DNA of 40,950 nucleotides from a virus (Duplodnaviria; Heunggongvirae; Uroviricota; Caudoviricetes): IMG/VR virus record IMGVR_UViG_2531839619_000023; one strand, 5' to 3'. Shown piece by piece: positions 27,097 to 36,192 of this stretch (position 1 is its first letter; each line of letters starts with the position of its first letter). The notes under the pieces were generated by a model. It saw only the letters and a program-made list of their open reading frames with translations, ran no database searches and was not told where the DNA came from. The position numbers and the translations under genes were made by a program.

Positions 27097-28204
27097 ACTG
27101 TATCTGGGCGGTGAGATTTTTTCCGGCTGGCTGACGGTGAGTGTTCGTCGCTCTCTTGAACATCTGGCGGGCTCCTTTGAACTGGGGGTAATGATGCCCG
27201 GTGTACGCCTTCCGTCATCCGTCCGTGCCGGTCAGTCTCTGGAATTGCGCATTGACGGTCAGCCTGTGATCACTGGCTGGCTGGATCAGGTCCGGCAGCG
27301 CATCAGCGCCACGCGTTTTCAGATCACGCTCAGCGGACGGGATAAAACCGGTGACCTGGTGGACTGTTCAGCCATTCATCCGGGCAGCCAGTGGAGGAAC
27401 CGCACGCTGGAGCACATTGCTTCAGATTTGTGTGCTCCGTTCGGGGTCACGGTGCGCTGGCAGGTAAATGATGCAACGGCAGCCCGGCCCTTTTCCACCT
27501 TCACACTGGAAAACTCAGAAACCGTGGCAGATGCGCTGACACGGGCCGCGAGACACAGAGGCGTCCTGGTAACCAGTAATGCCGCCGGTGAACTGGTTTT
27601 CACTCAGGCCGGCAGTCAGCGTGGCGACACGCTGACGCTGGGCGAAAATCTGCTGGATTTGGATCACAACGTGGATCACCGTCTGCGCTACAGTGAATAC
27701 CGTGTACGGGGGCACGGGCGTGGTGGTGGTCATGCCGGGGATGCACTGACAGCCGGAACGCTGGCCGCACCCGTTGGTACGGTGACAGACAGTGCCATCC
27801 ACCGTTACAGACCGAAAATTGTGCTGGCGGATCATGCTGTTGATGCAGACGGTGCACGCCAGAGGGCTGTCCGGGAAATGCGCCGGGCGGTTGCCCGCTC
27901 TGTGCGCCTGACAGCCACCGTGCGGCACTGGTTTAGGGAGAACGGCCAGTTGTGGGATATCAACCTGCTGACGGCTGTCACGGCTCCCCGCACCGGAGTG
28001 GAAGAGCGTGATCTTCTTGTCTGTCAGGTGGAGTTTTCGCTGGATGCAAATCACGGCGAAACCACCCGTCTGATTCTGGCACCCCGTGACGGCTTTATTG
28101 TTCCGGCAGAGCCGGGAAACAGCGGAAGCGGAAATGCGGGTGACGTGGACGCCTTCGTGCGGGCACAGATGAAAAAACAGGGGATTAAATTCAATGATGA
28201 ATGA
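27080..28204 (+). CDS. Baseplate hub / tail protein (Mu gp44-like, P2 gpD-like)
   Basis: 374 aa; GTG start overlaps the P stop. Confidence 0.75.
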   Translation: MSSRVELYLGGEIFSGWLTVSVRRSLEHLAGSFELGVMMPGVRLPSSVRAGQSLELRIDGQPVITGWLDQVRQRISATRFQITLSGRDKTGDLVDCSAIHPGSQWRNRTLEHIASDLCAPFGVTVRWQVNDATAARPFSTFTLENSETVADALTRAARHRGVLVTSNAAGELVFTQAGSQRGDTLTLGENLLDLDHNVDHRLRYSEYRVRGHGRGGGHAGDALTAGTLAAPVGTVTDSAIHRYRPKIVLADHAVDADGARQRAVREMRRAVARSVRLTATVRHWFRENGQLWDINLLTAVTAPRTGVEERDLLVCQVEFSLDANHGETTRLILAPRDGFIVPAEPGNSGSGNAGDVDAFVRAQMKKQGIKFNDE

Positions 28205-28808
28205 CGAAGTCATCAGCCGCCTTCTGGCCCCCGTAATGCGGGGTGTTCGTCTGCTGTTCGGGCGTGGTGTACTGACCGGCACAACGGACACGCTGAAAAT
28301 CCAGAATGTGCAAATAACCGGTATGGATGGTGAAACCTTTGATGACGTTGAACGCCCCCAGCAGTACGGGCAAATCAGCGTCCCCCTGCCTGGTGCGGAA
28401 GTTTTTCTGGCCTGTGCTGGCGGACAACGGGATCAGGCCGTGGTGCTTGTGGTGGAAGACCGCCGCAGTCGCCCGACCGGACTTACCGCCGGAGATACCG
28501 GCGTGTATCACCATGAGGGGCACCGTATACGTCTGACAAAGAACGGCCGGATCATTGTGACCTGTAAGACGCTGGAGATTTACGCCGATGAAGGTGTTCA
28601 GGTGGATACACCGGAGGCTCACTTTACCGGTAATGTCACAGTGGATAAGAACCTGCATGTCAAAGGCAATGTGTCCATTGACGGCACCGGAAGATCACAG
28701 GGGACGTTCACGATGTCCGAAGCGGTTATTGCCGGGATCACCTATTCAGGTCATGTGCATCACGATAACGGTGAAGGCAGCAAAACGGGAGGACCAGAGA
28801 ATGGCTGA
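28194..28808 (+). CDS. Baseplate central spike protein (Mu gp45-like, P2 gpV-like)
   Basis: 204 aa with an OB-fold-like N-terminus and a beta-rich C-terminus (NVTVDKNLHVKGNVSIDG). Confidence 0.8.
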   Translation: MMNDEVISRLLAPVMRGVRLLFGRGVLTGTTDTLKIQNVQITGMDGETFDDVERPQQYGQISVPLPGAEVFLACAGGQRDQAVVLVVEDRRSRPTGLTAGDTGVYHHEGHRIRLTKNGRIIVTCKTLEIYADEGVQVDTPEAHFTGNVTVDKNLHVKGNVSIDGTGRSQGTFTMSEAVIAGITYSGHVHHDNGEGSKTGGPENG

Positions 28809-29238
28809 TATTGCTGTCGTCTGGGATCAGGGTTGCGGTTCCCTGCAACTGAACGGCGCAGATCTTCTGACGGATAACAGCCTGCTGACTGCGGTCATTA
28901 TTTCACTGTTTACGGACAGGCGGGCGCTGGATTCCGATGAAATCCCTGACGGCACCCGTGACCGTCGGGGATGGTGGGGAGACAGTTTCCGGGAGCGCCC
29001 CGTTGGCTCCCGTCTCTGGCTGTTAAGCCGTGAAAAGACGCTGTCCTCCGTGGTCAGCCGTGCACAGGCCTATGCTGATGAAGCGCTGGCGTGGCTGCAT
29101 AAAAGCGGTGCTGCCACATCCGTGGTATGTCATGCCATGCGTGTGGGGCATGCTCGCCTTTCGCTTTCCGTGAAAATCACCCTGCCGGACGGAAGCAGAC
29201 ATCCGATGATTTTTTATGCTGATATGAAGGGGGAATGA
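28801..29238 (+). CDS. Baseplate wedge protein (Mu gp46-like, P2 gpW / T4 gp25-like)
   Basis: The ATG at 28801 overlaps the gp45 stop (ATGGCTGA) and gives MADIAVVWDQG, 145 aa; the track start at 28588 is rejected. Confidence 0.8.
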   Translation: MADIAVVWDQGCGSLQLNGADLLTDNSLLTAVIISLFTDRRALDSDEIPDGTRDRRGWWGDSFRERPVGSRLWLLSREKTLSSVVSRAQAYADEALAWLHKSGAATSVVCHAMRVGHARLSLSVKITLPDGSRHPMIFYADMKGE

Positions 29239-30320
29239 TGCCTTATCAGCCCTTACCACTGGCGCAACTGATCACACAGACACAACAGGATATCAGCCAG
29301 CGCCTGCCCGGTTCGCAGCCGGGCGTGAATGAAACCACCCTGAATGCCATTGCGTATGCACTGGCGGGTCTGTCAGCACAGGAGCATGAACATCTGGCCT
29401 GGATCTCCCGGCAGATAATTCCGACAGAAGCTGATGAAGCCGAACTCCTGAAACACTGCGCATTCTGGGGTGTCATCCGTAAACCGGCTTCCCGCGCTGA
29501 CGGACCGGTACAACTGATGCTGACCACGGATGCAGGGATCACGGAAGGCGTACTCCTTCAGCGAAGCGATGGTGTTGTGTACCGCATCACCGGCTCTGCG
29601 ACCGGAAAAGCCGGAACACTGAATGTTAATGTGGAGGCGGAAAGTGCGGGGCGCGCTGGAAATACCCCGACCGGAACCCGCCTGTCCTTTATCACGCCAC
29701 AGGCGGGCATCAACCAGACAGCCACGGTCACCGGCACGGGACTCACCGGTGGTGCGGATGTGGAAACGGTGCCGGAGTTGCTGTCCAGGCTGGTATTCCG
29801 GGTACAGAACCCGCCATCAGGGGGAACACAGTATGATTTTGAACGCTGGGCACGGGAAGTACCGGGCGTGACGCGGGCATGGTGTAAGCCTGAATGGCCT
29901 GAGGCGGGTAGTGTTGGTGTGACTTTTGTTCAGGATAATAACCCTGACATTTTCCCCGGAGAAGGTGATGTGAAGCGGGTGGCGGATTATATCCGCAGTC
30001 ATGATGATCCGGCGACGGGCCAGCCCGTTGGTCAGCCACTTGGGCCGACAATCAGCGTGTTTAAGCTGACCAATAAGCCGGTGGCGTTTGAGATCAGGAT
30101 TGTACCCAAAACGCCGGAAAATCAGGCTGCCGTAAAACAGGCATTAACGGACCTGCTTTATAACGAATCGCGGCCGGGTGGACTTGTATTGCCTTCATCA
30201 TTCTGGCGGGCTGTTGCAGGGGTGAAAGGACTGGAGGATTTTGAAGTTCGCAGCCCGCTGAAGTCCGTGATGGCCGGAGATACAGAGTTGCTGACCGTGG
30301 GGGAAATCACATGGCTGTAA
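29235..30320 (+). CDS. Baseplate J-like protein (Mu gp47-like)
   Basis: 361 aa following the wedge protein with a 4-nt overlap. Confidence 0.85.
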   Translation: MMPYQPLPLAQLITQTQQDISQRLPGSQPGVNETTLNAIAYALAGLSAQEHEHLAWISRQIIPTEADEAELLKHCAFWGVIRKPASRADGPVQLMLTTDAGITEGVLLQRSDGVVYRITGSATGKAGTLNVNVEAESAGRAGNTPTGTRLSFITPQAGINQTATVTGTGLTGGADVETVPELLSRLVFRVQNPPSGGTQYDFERWAREVPGVTRAWCKPEWPEAGSVGVTFVQDNNPDIFPGEGDVKRVADYIRSHDDPATGQPVGQPLGPTISVFKLTNKPVAFEIRIVPKTPENQAAVKQALTDLLYNESRPGGLVLPSSFWRAVAGVKGLEDFEVRSPLKSVMAGDTELLTVGEITWL

Positions 30321-30871
30321 CCCTGACCCCGCATCAGCGTGCCCTGTTGCAGTTGCTGCCTGACGGGCTGGCATGGGATAAGCGGCCGTCATCCGTTCTT
30401 GCGGCTTTGTGCCTGGGCCTCAGTCATTCCACGGAGCGTGTTTCCTGGACCGGTAACCAGATGCTGGCAGAACGTTTTCCTGATTCATCCCGTCTGCTGC
30501 TGGAAGACTGGGAGCGTTATCTGGGGTTACCGGAATGTGATATGACCGGCGCAACCATTCAGGAGCGTCAGCGTTATGCCGGGAATAAATACCGGATGAA
30601 ACCCTCTCTTAACCGTGAATTTTATATCCGGTTTGCGGCAGAGTTTGGTTATGAAATAGATATTCAGCCATCACCGGATTCACAGTGGGTCAGTATTGTC
30701 ACGATTAACAGTGAAACCGGCTACCGGAATATGAATGTGCTGGATGATATTCTCACGCCGCTGCGTATTTATGAAGGCGGTGCGCTGGAATGTATTCTGA
30801 ACCGTTATAAGCCTGCATGGCAGACGTTTATTTACGTGTATGCAAACAGCCATGAAGAGGAGACTATTTAA
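30311..30871 (+). CDS. Baseplate/tail protein (Mu gp48-like, P2 gpI-like)
   Basis: 186 aa between the J-like protein and the tail fibre. Confidence 0.75.
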   Translation: MAVTLTPHQRALLQLLPDGLAWDKRPSSVLAALCLGLSHSTERVSWTGNQMLAERFPDSSRLLLEDWERYLGLPECDMTGATIQERQRYAGNKYRMKPSLNREFYIRFAAEFGYEIDIQPSPDSQWVSIVTINSETGYRNMNVLDDILTPLRIYEGGALECILNRYKPAWQTFIYVYANSHEEETI

Positions 30872-31782
30872 TGTTTCATGTTGATAATAATTCCGGCGTG
30901 GCGAATATGCCTGCGCTGGCACCGGCGCAGAGTAATACCACCACCTGGTTTACCGAAGGTGACGGACAAAAAGGTATCAGCTGGATTGGTCAGGACTGGC
31001 TGAATATTCTCCAGGCCGAACTGCTGAATATTCTGGCTGAAGCCAGTATTCAGCCGGATAAGGCGCAGTTAAACCAGCTTACGCTGTCCATTAAAGCCAT
31101 TATCGCTGCGAATGCCTTTTCCCGGAAAAACAACCTGAAAGAAATTGCTGATGCCGGTGCGGAAGCCCAGCGTCTTGCCCGTGGTTATCTTGGTCTTGGG
31201 GCGCTTGCCACAAAAAACAGTCTTGGTCCCGGTGACGTTAATGCTCTGGCGAAGGATCAGAACCTTGCCGACCTGGAGAATGCGGGAACCGCCCGTAATA
31301 ATCTGGATGTTTACAGCAAAAGCGAAGGTGATAACCGTTACCTGCGCAGGGAGCAGAACGGCGCAGACATTCCGGATAAAGGCGCTTTTATCGATAACGT
31401 CGGTTTACGGGAAACGGTAAATAAGGCTGCTGATGCCCTGCCATCGGGTGGAACCGCCGTGGCAGCAAACAGACTCGCCACCCCAAGAAATATTAATGGC
31501 GTTCCTTTTGACGGAACGCAGGATATCAACATCACGTCAGGAATGACGCAGTCAACCGCAGATGGCCGGTATGTACAGAATGTTCAGCTTGGAGCACAGA
31601 GCTATCATTCACCCGGAGGCAATGAAATATCATGGAATTACAGCGCACCTTCCGGTTGTATGCTTTCCGGTATTAACGTGCAGGAAACCGGCTCCCGGTC
31701 TGCGGACAATATCGGTGGGGTCTATTATCGCCCGGTTCAGATTTATATTAATAATGCCTGGAGAACGGTAAGTTCAGTGTAA
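30871..31782 (+). CDS. Tail fibre protein: constant N-terminal part fused to the variable C-terminus currently in the expressed orientation
   Basis: N-terminus MFHVDNNSGVANMPALAPAQSNTTTWFTEGDGQKGISWIGQDWLNILQAE is typical of Mu/P2-type fibres. The gix-like crossover lies inside the gene near 31399, and the C-terminus ends YYRPVQIYINNAWRTVSSV. Confidence 0.85.
   Translation: MFHVDNNSGVANMPALAPAQSNTTTWFTEGDGQKGISWIGQDWLNILQAELLNILAEASIQPDKAQLNQLTLSIKAIIAANAFSRKNNLKEIADAGAEAQRLARGYLGLGALATKNSLGPGDVNALAKDQNLADLENAGTARNNLDVYSKSEGDNRYLRREQNGADIPDKGAFIDNVGLRETVNKAADALPSGGTAVAANRLATPRNINGVPFDGTQDINITSGMTQSTADGRYVQNVQLGAQSYHSPGGNEISWNYSAPSGCMLSGINVQETGSRSADNIGGVYYRPVQIYINNAWRTVSSV
31391..31414. repeat. 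Left gix-like inversion crossover site, inside the tail fibre gene
   Basis: TCGATAACG TC GGTTTACGGGAA is inverted with respect to the right site; the shared core GGTTTACGGGA encodes GLRE/D in both fibre variants. Confidence 0.7.
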
Positions 31783-32776
31783 ACCACAGAAAAGGGTGCT
31801 GAATGCACCCTCTGAATTATTCCGGTTTTTCCGGCCAGGGAATCGCCTGGTAATGCCCCTCACTGGCAATATCATTAAAGTGCATTTCTTTAAGCTGTCG
31901 GATATACGCCATCCAGCGCGTCAGCTGTAATTTATTTTCATCGCTAATCATGTCCAGTTTTAATTCCGTTTTCCAGTCATCCACAGTTTCGTTGGCTTCC
32001 TGGAGCAGCGATGAGCGGCGCTTTTCAGCAACCGTCTTCCAGTTTACCGGCACCTTTGATATCAGGCCATCAGAAAACTGCCAGTTACCGTCAATATTCA
32101 CACCTTCCGGCAGTTCGTCCACTTCAACAACAGTAAAACCTGCCGGATATAAAGCAGAGACATCTTCAGCAACAGAGCAGATAATACCCGTTACAGGCGA
32201 AATACAGAGTTTGTATTTCTTTGTGAAAAGCGGGATAGATTCATAAAAATCCCTTCCGTCCTCACTCTGGAAATACTGAACATCCTCACCATAGGGTTTG
32301 TGTTCCGGGTAATATCGTTTTACGTTAATAAGCTCCATTATTTCACCTTGTTTTTGTTGAAAAGACAAAATCATCATATATTTATTCAGATAATCTGTTT
32401 TTTGAACTACTGCACTTTTATGCGCTGGAAGCTGTTTTCCACGAACCATCTATCAGAAACTGAACAGGTCGATAATATGCGGTTACCGTTGCATTACCAT
32501 CACCAGCGACATCAAGCCCTGTAAGTACGCATCCGTCAGGAACCTCAAAAATATTATATTGCATTCCAATCGTTGACCTTGAACCTCTTCGAATGCTTTG
32601 AACATAACGTGAGTCAGCCACAGACTGCGTCATCCCCGATGTAATATTTATATCCTGCGTTCCGTCAAATGGGACACCATTAATATTTCTTGGAGTGGCG
32701 AGTTTATTCGCTGCAACAGCCGCTCCGTTCGATGGCAGGGCATTCGCGGCCCTGTTTACAGTATCCCGTAAACCGA
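31400..32776. other. Gin-invertible segment (Mu G-segment analogue, about 1.4 kb) carrying two alternative fibre C-termini and one fibre assembly gene
   Basis: Bounded by the inverted gix-like sites at about 31399 and 32775; the Gin recombinase gene is adjacent. Confidence 0.75.
31817..32338 (-). CDS. Tail fibre assembly protein (Tfa), oriented for co-expression with the alternative fibre tip after inversion
   Basis: The ATG at 32338 (minus strand) with AAGGTGAAATAATG gives MELINVKRYYPEHKPYG, a typical Tfa N-terminus, 173 aa. Confidence 0.8.
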   Translation of the reverse strand: MELINVKRYYPEHKPYGEDVQYFQSEDGRDFYESIPLFTKKYKLCISPVTGIICSVAEDVSALYPAGFTVVEVDELPEGVNIDGNWQFSDGLISKVPVNWKTVAEKRRSSLLQEANETVDDWKTELKLDMISDENKLQLTRWMAYIRQLKEMHFNDIASEGHYQAIPWPEKPE

Positions 32777-32780
32777 GGTT
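32418..32780 (-). CDS. Alternative tail fibre C-terminal segment (promoterless and start-less in this orientation)
   Basis: Minus-strand frame open from the right gix site; translation NLGLRDTVNRAANALPSNGAAVAANKLATPRNINGVPFDGTQDINITSGMTQSVADSRYVQS parallels the plus-strand fibre (VGLRETVNKAADALPSGGTAVAANRLATPRNINGVPFDGTQDINITSGMTQSTADGRYVQN), then diverges in the last 60-70 residues. Confidence 0.7.
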   Translation of the reverse strand, partial: NLGLRDTVNRAANALPSNGAAVAANKLATPRNINGVPFDGTQDINITSGMTQSVADSRYVQSIRRGSRSTIGMQYNIFEVPDGCVLTGLDVAGDGNATVTAYYRPVQFLIDGSWKTASSA

Positions 32781-32787
32781 TCAGGGA
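32762..32787. repeat. Right gix-like inversion crossover site
   Basis: TATCCCGTAAACC GA GGTTTCAGGGA is an imperfect 26-bp palindrome resembling Mu gix (TTCCTGTAAACCGAGGTTTTGGATAA) and hix sites. Confidence 0.75.
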
Positions 32788-32842
32788 TGCCGTATATCTG
32801 CTTTAAAAGGCCTTTCCACCTCTTTTTAAGGAAGGTAAATAC

Positions 32843-33403
32843 ATGCTGATTGGCTATATACGCGTATCAACAAATGACCAGAACACAGGTTTACAAAGAA
32901 ATGCGCTGGAATGTGCAGGATGTGAGCAGATTTTTGAAGATAAAATGAGTGGTAAAACGACACAGCGGCCGGGACTGAAGCGGGCACTGAAGAAACTAAA
33001 ACCCGGTGACACACTGATGGTCTGGAAACTGGACAGGCTGGGGCGCAGTATGCGCCACCTTGTTGCGCTGACAGATGAATTACAGCAACAGGGGATAAAT
33101 TTTCGTAGTCTTACTGACAACATTGATACGTCAACCCCCATGGGGCGCTTCTTTTTTCACATAATGGGTGCGCTGGCAGAAATGGAGCGTGAATTAATTG
33201 TCGAACGGACACGGGCTGGTCTTGCAGCTGCCCGTGAAAGGGGACGAACCGGCGGCAGACCCCGTCGTCTCACGCAGGAACAATACGAGCAGGTCGGGCG
33301 TTTACTGGCCGGGGGTGTCAGTCGAAGACAGGTGGCACTTATTTTTGATATCGGCCTTTCAACCCTTTATCGTTATTATCCTGCGAGCGTTTCGGAAAAA
33401 TAA
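32843..33403 (+). CDS. gin: Serine DNA invertase, Gin/Hin/Cin/Pin family
   Basis: 186 aa. MLIGYIRVSTNDQNTGLQRNALECAGCEQIFEDK with catalytic Ser in RVST, nearly colinear with Mu Gin; C-terminal HTH. Confidence 0.95.
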   Translation: MLIGYIRVSTNDQNTGLQRNALECAGCEQIFEDKMSGKTTQRPGLKRALKKLKPGDTLMVWKLDRLGRSMRHLVALTDELQQQGINFRSLTDNIDTSTPMGRFFFHIMGALAEMERELIVERTRAGLAAARERGRTGGRPRRLTQEQYEQVGRLLAGGVSRRQVALIFDIGLSTLYRYYPASVSEK

Positions 33404-33502
33404 GACGCTCCCTTTGTTGGGCCTTTACTGAATTAACGCAAAATGGCGTTTATCGGTCTGTGGATATGATAATTCAGTTTATTCAGGAACAGGCTGATTA
33501 TT

Positions 33503-35542
33503 ATGACGTCCAAATGGGTTCAACTATCATCAATGCCCGGAAACTTTACTGTTAAAGTTTCCGGTGGTACAGCGGCATTTCTTGAGGCTCCCTTTCCTCC
33601 GGCCGAAACAAAAGGAGGAATGACATTTGCTGACTGTCTCATCAGTTTTAATACACGGGATTGCCTGTGGGTAAGGCCAGTATCCGGTGATCCGAGTGTG
33701 GAAATTACCGGAGCGGGTATTGGTGCGGTCATTCCGTTAAGTGCTGATGTTGCCGGTACTGCTGAACCGTCAGACTGGGATAATGCTGAAACACATACCC
33801 GTCCGTCAGGAAATGAAACTGCTTCCAGCTCCCCTTCCTGGTATTACGTGGTGGTTCTTGCTGGTCAGTCAAACGGTATGGCTTACGGTGAAGGTCTGCC
33901 ACTGCCGGAGACATATGACCGCCCCGAACCGCGTATTATGCAGTTAGCCCGTCGCAGTACAGTCACGCCGGGAGGTAAAGCCTGTCAGTATAACGACATC
34001 ATTCTGGCCGACCACTGTCTGCATGATGTGCAGGATATGAGTGGAAAAAATCACCCGAAAGCGGATGTGGCTAAAGGGCAATATGGCACCGTGGGTCAGG
34101 GGCTTCACATTGCCAAAAAACTGCTGCCGTTTATTCCGGCAGATGCGGGGATTCTGCTGGTTCCCTGCTGCCGTGGTGGTTCTGCATTCACGGCGGGTGC
34201 TGACGGCACGTACAGTGACAGCACGGGTGCTTCAGAGGACTCAGCCCGCTGGGGTGTGGATAAGCCGCTGTATAAGGACTTAATCAGCCGGACAAAAGCG
34301 GCACTGGCGAAGAACCCGAAAAACCGCCTGCTTGCTGTGGTGTGGATGCAGGGCGAGTTTGATATTGATGCGAAGCCGACGGAGCATTCCGCGCTGTTTC
34401 TGGCGATGGTGGAAAAATTCCGCGCAGACCTGGCTGAACAGGCGGAACAGTGTACCGGTGGCAGTGCTGCTGGCGTTCCGTGGATTTGTGGCGATACCAC
34501 GTATTTCTGGAAACAGAAAAATGAACCGGCATACCAGGCAATCTATGGCGGCTACAAAAACAAAACAGATAAAAACATTCATTTCGTTCCATTAATGACA
34601 GATGAAAATGACGCGAATGTACCCACCAACAATCCGGCAGAAGACCCGGATATTGAATCCATTGGTTATTACGGCTCAACGTGGCGTAACAGTGCCGCCA
34701 CCTGGACATCTGCGGACCGGGCCAGCCATTTCAGTTCATGGGCACGTCGTGGGATTATTTCCGACCGTCTGGCCACGGCAGTTCTGACTCATGCGGGGCG
34801 AACCACAGTAAAAGCCGATGTTCCATCTTCTGAAACTGAAGCACCAGTGCCGTCACCTTCAGAAACTGAAGCAGTAACCACAACACTGCTGTCTTATCGT
34901 GTCAGTGAGTCAGAAGGAAATCTGAAAGCCCAGGGCTGGGAGCCGGCTGGCGGTAAAGCTGAAATTATCAGTGATGCAGGAGGCACAGGTGGTAAGGCAA
35001 TGAAACTGACCAAGGAAACAGGTAAATCATCTTGGTATCTGGATCATGATGCCGGTACTGGTGCTGAACTGCTGAAAAATGGTGGTTTAATCAGTTGTCG
35101 TTTTAAAGTACCTGGCGACCTGGTGGCAAACCAGTATGTCATGGGGCTTTACTGGCCGGTTTCCTCTCTGCCGCAGGGTGTCACCCTGACAGGGGATGCA
35201 GGGAATAATCTGCTGGCATCGTTCTACATCCAGACAGACGCAAAAGACCTGAATGTGATGTACCACAATGCAAAAGTGGCAACAAATAACCAGAAACTGG
35301 GAACCTTTGGTGCATTTGATAATGAATGGCATACGCTGGCCTTCCGTTTTGCAGGAAATAACAGCCTTCAGGTTATTCCGGTTATTGATGGTCAGGATGG
35401 TGCCGCGTTTACCCTGACGCAGTCACCAGTAGGAACTTTCCCGGTGGACAAACTCCGCGTAACGGATATCACAAAAAATGCAACTTACCCGGTGCTGATT
35501 GACAGCATTGTGGTGGAAGTGAAAAAAGCGGTAACAGAATAA
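33503..35542 (+). CDS. Carbohydrate O-acetylesterase, SASA/SGNH-hydrolase type, with an N-terminal domain and a C-terminal lectin-like domain (resembles prophage NanS-p sialate O-acetylesterases)
   Basis: 679 aa. SASA-type motif VVVLAGQSNGMAYGEG at about residues 115-130; a Ser/Thr/Pro/Glu linker with a tandem repeat (SSETEAPVP / SPSETEAV); beta-rich C-terminal domain of about 200 aa. Sits between gin and com-mom, where Mu has no gene. Confidence 0.65.
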   Translation: MTSKWVQLSSMPGNFTVKVSGGTAAFLEAPFPPAETKGGMTFADCLISFNTRDCLWVRPVSGDPSVEITGAGIGAVIPLSADVAGTAEPSDWDNAETHTRPSGNETASSSPSWYYVVVLAGQSNGMAYGEGLPLPETYDRPEPRIMQLARRSTVTPGGKACQYNDIILADHCLHDVQDMSGKNHPKADVAKGQYGTVGQGLHIAKKLLPFIPADAGILLVPCCRGGSAFTAGADGTYSDSTGASEDSARWGVDKPLYKDLISRTKAALAKNPKNRLLAVVWMQGEFDIDAKPTEHSALFLAMVEKFRADLAEQAEQCTGGSAAGVPWICGDTTYFWKQKNEPAYQAIYGGYKNKTDKNIHFVPLMTDENDANVPTNNPAEDPDIESIGYYGSTWRNSAATWTSADRASHFSSWARRGIISDRLATAVLTHAGRTTVKADVPSSETEAPVPSPSETEAVTTTLLSYRVSESEGNLKAQGWEPAGGKAEIISDAGGTGGKAMKLTKETGKSSWYLDHDAGTGAELLKNGGLISCRFKVPGDLVANQYVMGLYWPVSSLPQGVTLTGDAGNNLLASFYIQTDAKDLNVMYHNAKVATNNQKLGTFGAFDNEWHTLAFRFAGNNSLQVIPVIDGQDGAAFTLTQSPVGTFPVDKLRVTDITKNATYPVLIDSIVVEVKKAVTE

Positions 35543-35688
35543 AAAAATCCCGCCGGTCATGATATGGCTGGCGGGAGCTACCTAACCCATAAAGGAAAAT
35601 AAAAATACTCCCGAAGGAGTGGTTATCAGTCGCTTCGATGTTTTTACCCGATAACGAATTATGTAGTCAATATCAAAGGTAAGGTTAT

Positions 35689-35871
35689 ATGACATTCGTT
35701 CATACAATGCTGCTTTATTTCTGCGCTGTGGTCAGTGCGTTATATCTGGTGAGCGGTGGTTATAAGGTCATCAGAAATTATATTCGCCGTAAAATTGATG
35801 ATGCGGCAGCTGAAAAACTCAGTAAAACAGCACAGGCACCGTCATCCCCAAACGACCCGACCCCGCTCTGA
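35689..35871 (+). CDS. Small membrane protein (single N-terminal transmembrane helix), cargo gene
   Basis: 60 aa, MLLYFCAVVSALYLVSGG then a charged tail; good ribosome-binding site AAGGTAAGG. Confidence 0.4.
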   Translation: MTFVHTMLLYFCAVVSALYLVSGGYKVIRNYIRRKIDDAAAEKLSKTAQAPSSPNDPTPL

Positions 35872-35906
35872 TAACGGGGCAATATACCTGCAAAAGGAGA
35901 ATATTC

Positions 35907-36152
35907 ATGCCAGAGATTAAAGGCACGGTTACTGAAGAGCTTGTCAAACAGGCACTTTATTCTGAAGAAGTGAACCGCGTGCTGAAGGCGCAGGTTCGCA
36001 AGGATTTTGAGGCACAAATCGACGCATATGTTGATGAAGTGCTGGCCCGAATGGTTGGCCGTTCTCCGGCTGAAAACAGCACGGAAAATGATCCTCAACC
36101 CGTAGAGCAACCAGAGCCGGTTCAGCCCGGAACTGACGGTACTATGATGTAA
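35907..36152 (+). CDS. Small acidic helical protein, cargo gene
   Basis: 81 aa; strong ribosome-binding site AAAGGAGA 7 nt upstream; followed by a hairpin terminator. Confidence 0.4.
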   Translation: MPEIKGTVTEELVKQALYSEEVNRVLKAQVRKDFEAQIDAYVDEVLARMVGRSPAENSTENDPQPVEQPEPVQPGTDGTMM

Positions 36153-36161
36153 CAATACCGA

Positions 36162-36192
36162 CCGGCAGGTTTCCCTGCCGGGTGAGTTTGTT
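36162..36192. terminator. Hairpin terminator, possibly bidirectional
   Basis: CCGGCAGG TTTC CCTGCCGG perfect 8-bp stem followed by GTGAGTTTGTT; lies between a plus ORF and a convergent minus ORF. Confidence 0.55.

Noticed and set aside
27515-28291. 258-aa minus-strand ORF across the gp44/gp45 baseplate genes
   Set aside because: Antisense to two well-supported baseplate genes, with no independent start signal; shadow ORF.
28588-28800. Upstream start (28588) for the gp46-like baseplate ORF
   Set aside because: It would run in a different frame through the gp45 C-terminal coding region; the ATG at 28801, overlapping the gp45 stop, gives a typical 145-aa protein.
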